From: Rhina ancylostomus
Taxonomy: Eukaryota
Direction: 5' to 3'
Assembly: GCA_030265395.1 (NCBI GenBank)
Contig: JARFYF010000001.1
Coordinates: 98,165,836-98,229,835, forward strand
Length of the DNA: 64,000 bases
In this document: positions 49,291 through 62,860 of the stretch, in pieces
Layout: every line of letters starts with the position of its first letter
Position numbering within the stretch: the stretch's first letter is position 1
The notes under the pieces: generated by a model
The model's database searches: none
Told to the model about the DNA's origin: nothing
The model's input: the letters and a program-made list of their open reading frames with translations, nothing else
Program-made: the position numbers and the translations under genes

Positions 49291-52200
49291 TGCACAACAA
49301 AGAGGCTGTATTCATTCATGGATATAAAGCAATAGGACATACATCTATCTTCTCTCTTGCATTTAAAAATATTCTTTGGGGATTTCTCTGGGACACGAGT
49401 TAGAGTGCTCCACCAGTTGGCATCTCAGGCTAATCAGCAGTTGCTGAATCTGATGAATTAGATCAAAAACCTCATATCTTCCATGAACATGAGGAGTTAA
49501 AGAGTACACTTACTTTTTCAGCTATTTCTGCCAAGATCAACAAATAAAGTTAAATCTCACCCATGCTTCACCCTGTTCAAGAGAACAGTGGCCAAAATAA
49601 TATGTCAAGTAGTGCTATTTTGAAGTCATATTGTCATTGGATAGACTCTGGGTCACTTTGTAACCTTAGAATTTTTCTTTTGTTATTTTATAGCAGGTTC
49701 ATCACACTGAATTTCCTGGAAATATTTTTTCTCCTTTCTCTAATGCAACTAGTACTCCAAGAAAATGAACAGTCTATGTGTGCTCCTTGCCTGAGGATAC
49801 AATAATCTGCCTCTGAGGGGCTGTCACTTCCCAACTATTGGGAAACTGTGCCAAAAGGCAACAATTACAACCACAGGATTTCTGTGGAGACTCTAAACTA
49901 GTATGACAATGTTGTAGCTTCCATGTGAAGGGGGAAGTAAGAAAATAACATAAAAGGTAATGGGTTGCATATTTACGATGCACTCCAGCAAGAAACTGTA
50001 CTGAGAATCGTTACTGATTGCTGAGGGTATGTTTTACCTTTCATGGATGCACAAATTATATTACAATTTATTCTTCCAGTTCAGCATCACACTCTGCAAA
50101 ACAAATATAATTTGGGACCAAAATAGTAAAAATAAATTAAAATATCTGAATATTTTAAATTTAGAGTTTAATGAAAATACAACTTCAATATCCAACAATC
50201 TTTCTTTGCTGTTGCACTTAACTGTCAAATTTGTTACTGTACATAAATACAATTGACTATTTTAATACAGAGTGGTGGTTAAAAAAATCATTCTAAATCT
50301 AGGAACTGTGGTGTAGCCTTTAAATGGATATGCTGAGCCCACCAGGCAATCTCAGGACGTAGCCCTGTGGAATAGTTGACCCATCAGGAAGTTAGGACCT
50401 TCAGCAAGAGTTCATAAAGCTGCAATCACTATCAATCAGAACATGTCACCACTTGGTCTGTACATTAGAATCAGAGTTGTTCTTGCAACAAACATCCAAA
50501 CAAGAAGCTGGATTCTCTGTCTGATGTTCAACTAGAAACTGCCAAGTTAGTAAACCATCCTTAATAGCAGGAGAAAGAGGTTATCAGGCAGAAATGCACT
50601 GTTATTGTTGAAATGTTTACACTTCTAATTGTCTTCCAGGATTATGTAAAATTATGCATGCAAAAGGACTAGCACTGATTCAATGCACTTATAATATTGC
50701 AATTCAGAAAGAAAAATATATTTTCCACACATTACATTCTTGAAACAATTTCTCAAATTGTACAATTAAGGACACAAGGCAAATTATAAGGATTTGCATG
50801 GTTACAGTCAGTTCTGCTTACATAAAATAAAGATGATGGGAATAATTACTGATATAGTCAACTAATGATGTATGTACTGTATTTTGCAAATCAGGGTCAA
50901 TTACCAATTAATGATTATCAATAATTATATCTTTGAAAGTTTTCAAGTAAAACATCTACAAGCCATTAGTTACTCCACTTTAACCAAACATGAAGAGAAA
51001 GAAAACTAGAATTAGCATCCAAATGATCACATGATATGTCCAACAGTAATTAGTCTGTTACCCATCCCTGGGTCTGTATTCTTCAATCAAATCAACCATA
51101 TGTCTTTAAATGGTGGCTAGCTTAGANNNNNNNNNNNNNNNNNNNNNNNNNNNNNNNNNNNNNNNNNNNNNNNNNNNNNNNNNNNNNNNNNNNNNNNNNN
51201 NNNNNNNNNNNNNNNNNNNNNNNNNNTCTGTTACCCATCCCTGGGTCTGTCTGCTTCAAGCAAATCAACCATATGTCTTTAAATGCTGGCTAGCTTAGAC
51301 ACAATGTACTATATCATAAGAGAATTCCTGCCTGTGTAACATTCCTGGAAATCAAAATTATCAACAACTTAAAATGGAGAATAATGCAAAATTGCCAAAT
51401 AATTCAGAGCAACATCTTTTAAACATCTTAGCCTAATACAAGTGAAAAAACTGAGCAAAAAGCAATACAAAAATTTGCATTACCCATCTCACCCTTAAGT
51501 GTATTTTCAGCAGCACATTTTAAAGTAGTTTGATCTCTAAACAATACTCTTAAACATCTATTCTTTAGAAATTGCTTGATTTATGTCCCAAATGATTTTG
51601 TCACTCAAATGTAAAATTGTTTAACTTTAAGCCAGGGTTCAAAATTTAAACATGAACTGAGAGATTACTGCTGTGTATTGAACTATCACTCAATGTACAG
51701 ATAATTTTGCCACATCAACTCTTTAGTTTATCTCTCTTATGATTTTGCTCAAGACAGAAAAATTAATTAACCTCTAACTGAAATTAATTTGCATTTCAGT
51801 GACACAGAAGTTCCAAATACATCTTTTTTAGGTTAATTTTTTAGAATCATACCATCTGAGCAACTATACCTCTGAAATACATAGAGCCACACAATATCTC
51901 AGTGGCAATTTTAATGTTAATTTTTGGATAAATAGTAATACATAACTATTTATTAAAAGGATAATTATACTTTGTAACCTGTGAATCATACTGAAAATCT
52001 TTCTTATTACAATTCAGTTACTTAGCATAGTGGTCCAAATTACAACTGTCAATACTGCACCTGAAATAAGCTGCCTCTATTTCATCCCAGGCTCACTATA
52101 GTACTTTTGTTAGTTTATCATATTTTCAGCAATAATGTTGGCTGACCAAACTTGCCTGAAGTATTGAATGATGATGAACATGTAAGTCAATTTGTTGTAA

Positions 52201-53549
52201 TGAGTACATTGTTATACAGGAGTGCAACATTGTCATCTGTCCATATTTTTTTGGTTTTAGTGCTTTTTTATTTGGGTTTCTGTAGTCTCTTAAATTGTGT
52301 AACTATTGATATTCAATATAGAAAATAAATTTTGAGCGGTAAGTAGTGAGGAACTTTTTCTGAATAAATAAAATTTAGCTAGCTATGTTTGATTCAGAGG
52401 TGACAAGTCGTTTACCTGGTACGTGTGTGGTTGGTGCTGAGTGAAATTATGTGTCACAGGTTTACACACCAATCAAAGTACATATTCTATCATTAACTCT
52501 ATCACCATAAATCTATATTTTGAACAATCTTTATTCAGTGTTTGATGTACAAATCTATCTTCAAGGCATAATAAAATTTCAAGCTGATTGAGATTCCACC
52601 AAGGTACAAACATTTGGAGTTTAATGAGTGTCATTTAAAAAAATTCTGTCAATCCAAACTGAAAGAAAATGTCATTTTGGTTTAACTTCAGTATTGTGGG
52701 AAGACATGTCTTTGAATACTGCAATTTAGTTGAAGTACTTCTTTCAACATTGCTTCCCCTAGATTGCAACAGCCTGAACTTCTAGGCTTCTAAATGAACA
52801 GCACATTCATATTCATCTAAACTAGAAAGTGAGAATAAGAAACCATTCAGCTTGCTGTTTCCGGGCTAGTACTTTCCTAACATAATTCATAAATAATTAC
52901 ACTGCCCTATTCCCTGCACCCACCACCTCACTTACCTTCTCCCCAGATCACCCCACCCTCATCAGAGCTTTGCATCCACCTTTACATTCCTCCACCTCTC
53001 ATTCTCAATAGCAAATTTTTCCAGGTAAAGAAGTTTCTTCTCAGCTCTGTCACTCCCTTAGTAACTCTAAATTGATGAATCACAACTGTTTCTGCAACCA
53101 GAAGAAATAGTCTTTTCCAATGCACCTCATGAAAACCCTTTGTAATATTTTTCTAAAAACTGACTACTTACTGTGTTTTTTGAGACATCATATAGTCATT
53201 ATATCTGTTCTATTGCATAATCCTGATAAACCTCGACCAGGCCATTATCACTGCTACTTCCTCCCCCTTCCAAGAAACTAAAGATGAACTTAATACTAGA
53301 GAAAGCTTAGGAAAATGAAAAGTGGATAGGAAAAGATGATGGCAAGTAAAATCAAAAAAAATTCAAAGATCCTTAAATGTATATAAAATGTAAGAGGNNN
53401 NNNNNNNNNNNNNNNNNNNNNNNNNNNNNNNNNNNNNNNNNNNNNNNNNNNNNNNNNNNNNNNNNNNNNNNNNNNNNNNNNNNNNNNNNNNNNNNNNNNN
53501 NNNNNNNNNNNNNNNNNNNNNNNNNNNNNNNNNNNNNNNNNNNNNNNNN

Positions 53550-54010
53550 CATGGAATGCATAGTGAAAGAGGATGTATTAAAGGGTTTCGGATCTTTGAA
53601 AATTTGACACATAACCAGCCTCTGATGAAATATATCCTATGTTTTTGAAAGAAACAAGGGAGAAAATTGCAGAGAAGCAGTTGAACTACAATTTTTTAAT
53701 CTTGCCTGGCTACGAAAGAGGTGTCAGAGGACTGATAACATTCTACAGCTGGATAAAAAGAGGAAGGGATAAATTACATAAAAACAAGTTGTGGGGAAAT
53801 TATTGGAATCCATTCCAAAGGGCATTGTAACCCTTCATTTACAAAGGCATAGATAAATCAGGGACAGTTGACATAGATTTATTAAGGGATGGTTATGTCT
53901 GACCAATTGAATTCTTTGGGATAACAAGGGAATCAATGAGGACAGTGCACTGGATAGATTTTTAAATGGTAGACTGATCAAAAAAAATAAAAGCCCAATG
54001 GATCCAAGAA
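53550..54010 (+). mobile_element. Decayed CR1-type reverse-transcriptase fragment
   Basis: cagttgacatagatttattaagggatggttatgtctgaccaattgaattctttg resembles QHGF.KGRSCLTNL.EFF. Confidence 0.55.
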
Positions 54011-54044
54011 AAATTGGATTCGATGTTCTCTTAGCAGCATTTAC

Positions 54045-55990
54045 TCATATAAAAACAAAGTGCTGGAAATACTCAATGGATCAGACAGCATCTCTGCAGA
54101 AGAAAACACTTAACATTTCAGGTCAAGGATCCTTTATCAGAATTGGAAAAGTGAGAAAGCATGCACCTTTTAAGTACCAGAGAGGAGGAGGAGGAGGGAT
54201 AGAGAGAAGAAAGGAAATGTTTGTGATAGGGTGCAGCCTATGATTGTCTAGGGGACACATTAGTTTTGGTTCCACCCAGTTATTTCATGAAGGAATGGAG
54301 TTAAAGGAATTAAGAACAAACTTTCTGGAACTGCAGGATGTGCGACAGAAAAGTCATCAGAAATCTGGAAGTAAAGAGAACCCTGGAAATAATCAGCTAT
54401 TTGAATTCAACATTGTGTCCAAAGGGCTCCAGTATGTCCAGATGGATGATGAAGTGCTGTTCCTTGGTTTTGCTGGAAGAGTGTAAAAGATAGAGATCAG
54501 AGCGGTTTGGGAGGAAGAATTAAAGTGACTGGAAAATAGAAGCTCAAGAGTCACGCTTGCAGACTGAACAGAGGTGTTCCGCAAAGCAGTCACCTAATCT
54601 GCATTTGTTTTCTCCACGCAGAGAATACCACATCATCAACTCCAAATTTTCGATTCGTTATCAAATTCCGGGGACTGAACTGTGCCTAGATTACTGGCCT
54701 CTGGATTACTGCCCGTTAATTTACACCACGATACTTGCAAGACTACAGACCTCATGTTGTGAAGTAGAATTTGCTTGGGTAGCTCCTTTTTGACTGTCAG
54801 GCACATTAGCATCCTTTGTGACATAAATTTTCTCTGATTTGCATGACCATGAAATTGTTCTCACATGGAGCAACTTCTTCTTTGACTGACCTCACTTCCT
54901 CCAAATAAATAGTGGTGCTGAGAAGTACGTGTACTCCTATACAGAACATTCTTTGTTTGGGTCCATCAAAGTCTTTCACCTCACCCTTTTTCCAGTACAC
55001 TGATGATTGTATTGGCATGGCTTCCTGCTCTCAACCCATAACTAGAACATTTCATCAACTTTGCCCTTACTTCCCACCCTTTCTTCACTTTCATATGATT
55101 TATTTCTAATGAATTATTTTTCCTTCTTCAGTTTCTCTATCTTCAGTTCTGGGGACAAGTGGATAACCAATGTCCACCACAGCTACCATGATTACATTTC
55201 TTGCAAGGATACAGTTCCATTCTCTGTTTTTGTCATGTCTGCTCTAACAGTGCCAACTTCCATACCTGTGCTTCCAATTTGTCTTCCTTCTTCCTCAACT
55301 GAGGATTCCCTTCCAGCATTGTTGAAAACCCCCTTGACTACACCAATTCCTTCCCTCACAGAACGAGCGACTTCATCTTCTTTCCCACCAGCCTCCCCAT
55401 TCAACGGATTATCCTTCACCACTTCAGCATGATTCTACCACAAACAATATTGTTCCTGCCCCTTTCCATTCAGCATTCTGGGGATTATTCACTTTTCAAT
55501 CCACAACAGCCCCTCCCTTTCTCACGTTACCTTCCTAAGTAAACAGGGTCCAAATGCACTCTCCTCAGGTGAAACAGGGACTTATGTTACTTTCAATTTA
55601 ACATATTTGGAATCAGGAGACCAAATACTGAGTACACAATAATTCTGCACTAAAGATTTATTCAGTGCACATAAAGGACCCTGAGTTTCTGGTCCTTTAA
55701 CTTGAATTCTACCTGTCTATGGGATCCTCTACTGCTCCAATAAAATTCAAAGTCAACTTGGCAAGCAACATCTCAATCTTTTGACTTGGCATATGACAGA
55801 TTTCTGGAATCAACCCTGTGTTAACCAATTTCATCTCATATTCTCCTTTAGACCCATATTTTGTGTCTTGCTGTACCATGACTATTCCCTTCTACTTTTA
55901 CTTGTATTTTATCCTAGCACAGACCTTAAATAAAAAGCAAACATACAGTAAATACTCAGCAGGACAGGCAGCTTATGTGGAAACCTTTCA
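54045..55990. mobile_element. Penelope-like retroelement remnant with an inverted terminal portion
   Basis: Starts aaaacaaagtgctggaaatactca, related to the short elements at 43.9-44.8 kb. The + strand gaaattgttctcacatggagcaacttcttctttgac...cacttcctccaaata resembles the Penelope reverse-transcriptase motif ELVLT.NNF.F...HFLQ. Confidence 0.6.
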
Positions 55991-58900
55991 ACAGAATTTT
56001 GCAGGTTCCCTTTGGGATGTAATAAGGGGAGCAGTGAAGCCCTCTAAGAAACATCTTGGCTGTCAATTTCTAAGAACTGGAGCTGGTAGTAGGCTGCCAA
56101 GCTCCCCAGCATTTGGGAAGGCCTAACAGAGATGGCAAGATCAAAATAAACTTAGAAGGAAATTTGACAATAGAATATGCATTTTGGGCAGAGTGGGAGC
56201 AGCGTATCGAGTTTGGGAACAAATTTGTCTGCAGCAGTTGGAAGATATCCAGAAAAGTATTTTTAACCACTTACTGAACAGGGTTCACTGCCAGAACACA
56301 ATTCAAATTTGCAGACTAATGTTAAATATGCAATAAAAAGAAAACAGGCAGCAAATTTTGTGCACTATTTTGCTTCAATAAACACGTGTCATGAGCACAC
56401 AATAATACATCTCCCCGTTGTTGATTTTACTATGCTATTAACAAAAACAGGGAGATGTATTCAAGAAAAGAAACATCTTCCTTAAAAAAACTAAGCACAC
56501 CTCTGTTGACACCTATGATGAAACATATTATTTCATAAAGGATGTAACAGGGTCTCAAAAGTTTACATCTATGGCACACTCTGCAAATTTTTCAGTAGTG
56601 TTATTTATGTCCTCTTTTAAATGGAGAATGTCTGGTCAATTTACATGCTGAAGTGCAATCAAGATGGAATTTTGTTTGGTCTGTTCATAATTTGTGCAGT
56701 TTTCACATGGATCCAGTATGTCTTGAAATATGTAAGGTCTGTACATGGCTTGTTCGAGTCTGGGAACTGACATACAAAAGTACCGAAAGTACACATTGTA
56801 CAACAGCAAGTTACAAGAACAAGAAATGCAATAAAGTACACAATGACCATCTAAGCTTTAAAAGGGATTTTTTTTAAAGAAACTGAAATTANNNNNNNNN
56901 NNNNNNNNNNNNNNNNNNNNNNNNNNNNNNNNNNNNNNNNNNNNNNNNNNNNNNNNNNNNNNNNNNNNNNNNNNNNNNNNNNNNNNNNNNNNNNNNNNNN
57001 NNNNNNNNNNNNNNNNNNNNNNNNNNNNNNNNNNNNNNNNNNNNNNNNNNNNNNNNNNNNNNNNNNNNNNNNNNNNNNNNNNNNNNNNNNNNNNNNNNNN
57101 NNNNNNNNNNNNNNNNNNNNNNNNNNNNNNNNNNNNNNNNNNNNNNNNNNNNNNNNNNNNNNNNNNNNNNNNNNNNNNNNNNNNNNNNNNNNNNAATCAC
57201 TTGGCTTCCCAATAATGTCTCAGAGATCAGGAACTCACTGTGCAAACCGTTTCAAAAAAAATGTGTCTATCACACTGGCACGACACATTCAGTAAAACAT
57301 CAATACTACAGCATTACAAGTTCCCCTCACCACTTAGTACTGAGATTTTGAGAGAAATAAGTTCTGTTAAAAACATTCCCATTTTCACCATTGGTGCCAA
57401 AATTCACTCTAAAACTACAACAGGACCAGATATTTATTTATCTCAACACCAAACCACGGTGAGAAAATACACCTCACAGCAATGCCAAAAATTCATTCTC
57501 TTCAAAAATTCTATCTGAAAAATTCACTCCTCTACCAAATAATTCTCAAGATCTCAGTTCTGTAAAAAAAAATCATTAATGTCTCTCTGTACTAGTAAAC
57601 CACATATTCCCTCCCTTTGATTAACACCAAGTTGTACTGAAGCGATACATCAGACATGCACCTGCTTTGTGCTTTAAAATTCTTTGTAGCTTTTTTTAAT
57701 GACTGAGATTTCAGTGACCTTTATCATCATTAGTAAGATTTCAAAGTAAAACAATTGTGTGGTTACACACAGGATCACTAATTGCACTAATGCCAACGCA
57801 AGAAAAATGGTATTGAAATACCACCCAAGTCAAACATGCCCTTTACATGAAAAAGAAAAAATATCAATCAAAACATACTTAAGAAAAATAGAAAGGTGTG
57901 CCTTCTAAACAGAAAGACTTTTTATTTTTAAGGCTGAGTATCATTCCTATTGTGGAAAAAAAAAGCCAGACATGCTTTGTGTATGAAGCTCTGTACACAA
58001 CAACTGCAGATTTGAATATTTTTGAAATTTTAGGGCAAAGTTTGGATAACATAAGGCCTTTTCCTTGCTATTTGCTCTCCAAAGAATTTGGACAAAGCTT
58101 GTATTGTGCAGTATCCAAGACTTTGAGGCATGTATCTGTGATAGGCCAGTTAGAGATGGCTGAAAACAGCCAGCTAGAGCCGGCCTCTTTATTGGCAAAA
58201 AAAATTGCTAGGCAAACTGTTTCTTATCCTGGGTGACAGAGTACATGAGGCTTGCTATTGTAGGAAGCTGTTTTTGGGTCTCCACACTCAAAGCAGTGGA
58301 CAAGGAATGTTACCATTGGATGATTAATAGATGTTTATTTTTAGGGTTTGAACTGGAAGGCCATTTCAAGGCCACTGCAAGATGATATCTCTACATAATC
58401 GGAGAGTGCCTTGCACGTTTACAACCTTTTTCCCTGACATCTGGGACCTGGCTGCTGTCCTCACAGGCAGTTAAAAGTGTCAGATAAATTCACAAACAGG
58501 ATATACAGACCTGTTTATATAAAGAAGCAAGAAAGGAAAACTTCAGGAAGTTATGTCCTTTACAATATTCCAAATGCAATGAACCGTCCTCCATCATGAA
58601 TTTTAAACCGCCTGCATTGAAAAGTGCCTCCAGAGTCTCTGGAGCAAGTTGCAGCCTTCACTGCCCTCTAGCATCCAAGTTGCCAGAATTAAAGGAGCAT
58701 TAAAATATCGCTATGGGGAACACAAAAGTATCTCACAAAGAGCTCAAAGTCAAGAGTTGCCCTTGAGGGGGACCACTCAAGATTGTGCATTATATGGATA
58801 TATATTGCAATTTCAAACAGTGGCCTTGGGTTTTATGAGGATAATAGGAAGGACATATTTGCTCACTTTATACAGCCTGGTTAGCTGTTCATTTCAAACA

Positions 58901-59169
58901 TTATTCTGCAGCTATATTTTGTCTTTTGTATTATGTATACACATCCTATAAACTGCTAAAATGTTGAACAGTACATGCAAACTGTAATTTAAAAAACTAT
59001 CTTGGACTGGACAACTAAACAGTCACTTTGAAAAATAGTTGTAGGGTCATGGAGCTCATTAATAAGATACATTAATTGAAATTTACAGTGCTGTCATTAC
59101 AAAGCCATTTTATCTTTCTATTAACAGATTCCACTGGCTTCCAATATGAAATAGACACCAAATGGGAAT

Positions 59170-59560
59170 ATTGTTACTTCAGTGAATTAGTAGGATCAGA
59201 AATTTAGCACTTAGAGGCTGTTCTGTCATTTATTTACATCATGGCTGCTCTGCAATTCAATCCTATTTACCTGCCTCGGTTCAATATCCTTTACCAAATA
59301 AAAATCCATCAATCTGAGATATGAAAGTTTTTCAAATAGCCTCAGCAATTTTTTAAAGGGAAGAGTGCTCTCAAAGGGTCTAACCAGAACTTGGTAAGAC
59401 TTTAATACAACTTCTAACTCAAGATATCATTGGCCACTTGTGGTAACAGCCTATCAGCTATCTTTAATTAGTTTTGTACCTGCTCACTAGCTTTTAGCAC
59501 TTGGGTCCCCTAAATCTTTCTGTTTCTGCCAAGCTCTTAACTTTTCAACATTTAAAGAAT
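59170..59560 (-). mobile_element. Old CR1-type fragment
   Basis: Reverse CR1 3' UTR wording and cttggtaagactttaatacaac. Confidence 0.45.
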
Positions 59561-62332
59561 GCATCACAATGAAGGTTTATACTTTCACCAAATCTAGGAT
59601 CACTGCTTAGACAAAGACTCTCGAGTTGCCCTTGAAGGGACCATATACATAGGCTGTACCATCCAGGTTAACATTCAAAATGCATGTGGCCCTTAAATTG
59701 ATAGCACTACCATTACAAGTCTGAGATCTCCAAGACCACCGAGTAGGACCACAAACCAGTCAGCTATGATGGCCATCATTGCATTCACGAACATTTCCCA
59801 AGCATCATCACCATAATTAAGCATAGTTCCAGCAACAGAATCTGACCCTGGAATTCACATGATTAAAAAAAAGCATTCTAATCTTAAACAAGAGTTGGAT
59901 GGTGGGGCACAGGATGAGAATTATCCAGGGCTATGACAATTTTCTAAAGTTAAGCTGATAAAAGTTATTTTTAATATAAAATAAACAAAAGTTAAAATTA
60001 ATTGGACAGCTGAATTAGATGATCTTAGAATCAGTCCCCAAGGAAATGATATGAATGAAGATCAACCTGAGGCAAGAGAAGACAGAAACCTAGTTCTTTT
60101 CCTTCAGGATTGGCTTGAAGATAAACAAGAGCTATATTGAGATGTGCCACTTGAATAAGTATGAGCTCAATGGATAGCAAGCAGGAATCCTGGAGGTCAG
60201 AGAAGTGGCATTCTAATTGTGAGTATTCTCCACTTTCGACAATAAGTTATCCTATGGAAAGCAATGCAATTAGAGGGATATATCTGGCAGATTAAAATAA
60301 GTTTTCACCTTCCTGGATTTGTCTTTAGAGTTTTTGAAACTGTGGCAGATAATCATACCAATTCAGGCAAATATTGCACGTGAGTTACAACATTCAGGCT
60401 GCCCGAATGTCCAAATAATAAAAATAATGGGTGCTCCAAGTGGTGAATAGCCAAATTATGAGTTTTTTAAAAAAAACATTGACAGGATCATTCTGCATGA
60501 TAAACATTGGACCCTAATTATTTTATAAAACTAGAAAAATTCAACGACCCTCGAAAAAAAACACTATCTTCCTGTACAGAATATTGACATGGGGGCTTGT
60601 GAAAATCGCTAAACATAGCGTCAAAAGAGGATGAGATCTGCAACGTCCATAAAAAAAGAGTCTAACGCATATTTTCGTGCCACTTTATTTTCTTTTCAGA
60701 ATTGGCAATTGTATAAAAATAAAAGTAGCACAAGGATTTCAGTTCCTCCCTCATACAAGAATCAGGCAAGACAACTACAAAGCCATCCATAATGCTCAGA
60801 AATGTGGAGGAATGCAATCCACATTTTAAATGAACAATTTTTTGGAGTCTGCTTTTGTGAGGGCAGAAGGCAAAAACATGACAATGAGAATTTTAGGTGC
60901 TGACTTTTTCATGTGGACATGCAAAAACNNNNNNNNNNTCCCATCCCAGAATACAAACATACAAAAAAACTAAGTGAAAGGTTTTTTTTAAAGATTATCG
61001 GGTCACAATTTCAAAACTGGCTAAAAATGCCAAAACATATGGAATGTTGAACTGCTTTCTACGTACTCGGTAAAAAGAAACAAGTAATGTATTCAGAACA
61101 AACAAACAGAACCAAAGATTTCTATTCGTGTTTTATATATGCAACCAGTGACAGATGAGAGTTGGTAGAAGCCGACATTTCTCATGAGGGTTCCAAAATG
61201 ATAGGATATAAATATAAGACTGTCAGAGGTTTAGGACAGAGAGGACAAACTATTTAAAAGAAACTCAGAGGATTATAAGAGTGTGAAATGCACTTCCAGA
61301 AGGAGAGATTGATGCTGACCACATCAGCACGGCTATTGGTTGTTAGATTCCTAAACACCTGATTTGCTGACATTTTGCAACTTCCTGAAAGATGAAGCCA
61401 TTCTATCGGATGTCCTAAATTAATTGAGCTCTAAGAAGATTTGTTCAAATATTTATAAAACCTCAAGTTCAATCTTCATCTCCTCAAAGGATATTCTTAA
61501 CTTGTTAGCATTTACTGTACATGCCTACTCAAGGAACAGAAAAAAAAAGTACTCTTGCAGCTCAAGAGACAAACCCAATCTCTGCCTTCCGGACTCATCT
61601 AAGTGTGCTGAGATTATGCTGGCATTCAAAATTTTTCTTTAGATGGATTTATTTGAAGCATCTAACAGTTGAAAACCCACCTTTCCAGTAGGTCAATTGA
61701 ACACTCAAATTCATAAAAACAGGAATTTTGCAGGTTCAATACTTAGTACTCAAGACATATATCAGTACTCTGGGTTAGCAAGGACAAAAGTCAAACTCTG
61801 ATTACCACTCAGAGATCTTTGGTCTGATAGAGGAATCAACCAGCATGCATGATATTTTCAAAACACACACTACCTTGAAGGATAGTAGATATTATGTAAT
61901 TTTTTTTAAAAGCAAGAAGCAAAACAATAAACATTTTTGAATGTACAACAATAAAAGGTTACCAGCAGTGGGGGTGGGGGTGGGGAGAAGGTGTAGGGAG
62001 GGAGGAGGCAACAAAGGCATTGGCTCTGCCAGAGAGATTTTACAATTAAAGTGAGAAAGTTGTGACATCAAACTAAACTCAAGAGACTTGAATGCATAAT
62101 CAATGCATAATCAACAAGTTACTATTGAGGGAGTAAAATGCTGACAGAAGAGCCGCCTCACATTGAGATATTAAACCAGTGAGTCTATGCCACTATCTGT
62201 GAAGCGGTAGTTAACTTTAGCCAGTACCCCAGTATTTAGGTCAACAGTTACAGTAAAACTCCAATAATCCATTATCCGATTATTTTGGAAATACTGATGG
62301 CTTGGCATCAGTCTCACTGGGTTGATGATTCC

Positions 62333-62532
62333 CGCACTCCCTTTAACACACAGGGGTTCCAGTGCTGCCTTGAAATTCACTGGGCCCCTGTTTCTTCCAA
62401 TCCCTTAAAATACATCTGATTCTGTTTCCCACATTCCCTTAGAACACACCTGGTTTGCTTCGCATGCTCCCTTGGAACTCACTGGGGCTGCGTTGTTGCA
62501 CTGCCTTGCAACTCATTGAGTTCCTTGGAAAA
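62333..62532. repeat. Degenerate minisatellite, about six units of ~30-35 bp
   Basis: Recurring core: ctccctttaacacac, ctgccttgaaattcactgg, atcccttaaaatacat, ttcccttagaacacac, ctcccttggaactcactgg, ctgccttgcaactcattg. Confidence 0.6.
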
Positions 62533-62699
62533 CTTTTATATTACCATGCAATATCTAAAACAAAGTGAATTAAAACTTGTCGAAGTATTGGAATAACATG
62601 CAATAGTCTGTAAAATCTGGTATGCGGCATCACCAAAAACCAGAGGATGCCGGATCAATGGAGCTTTGCTGTATCTCTCTACCTACTCCACTGAAACAG

Positions 62700-62860
62700 A
62701 TAACAAAAACAGAAATTGCTGACAATGCACAGCAAATTAGACAGCATCTGTACAGAGGAGCAAAGTTATTGTTTCATTTTGATGACCTTTCATCAGAATT
62801 AGTTCAGTTTTTCATTCCTGCAATGTGTTTTTATTTTTAGATTGCCAACATTTGTAATCT
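62700..62860. mobile_element. Short self-complementary Penelope-derived element, decayed
   Basis: aaaaacagaaattgctga...cagcatctgtacagag...ttcctgcaatgtgtttttattt, the same family as 44615-44800. Confidence 0.5.

Noticed and set aside
51055-51299. 72-bp near-identical direct repeat
   Set aside because: Flanks a 100-N gap; the few differences are consistent with low-quality contig ends
58748-59643. A ~22-bp sequence (gagttgcccttga.gggacca) occurring twice about 870 bp apart
   Set aside because: Too short and does not extend; probably repeat debris or chance
61670-61720. Minus-strand TYWK followed by GT, resembling the end of the penultimate CDIN1 exon (WSYWNR)
   Set aside because: The phase is wrong for the 48537 acceptor and there is no upstream WIESKASFGD similarity
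61969-62008. G-quadruplex-capable G runs
   Set aside because: Common low-complexity feature with no supporting context
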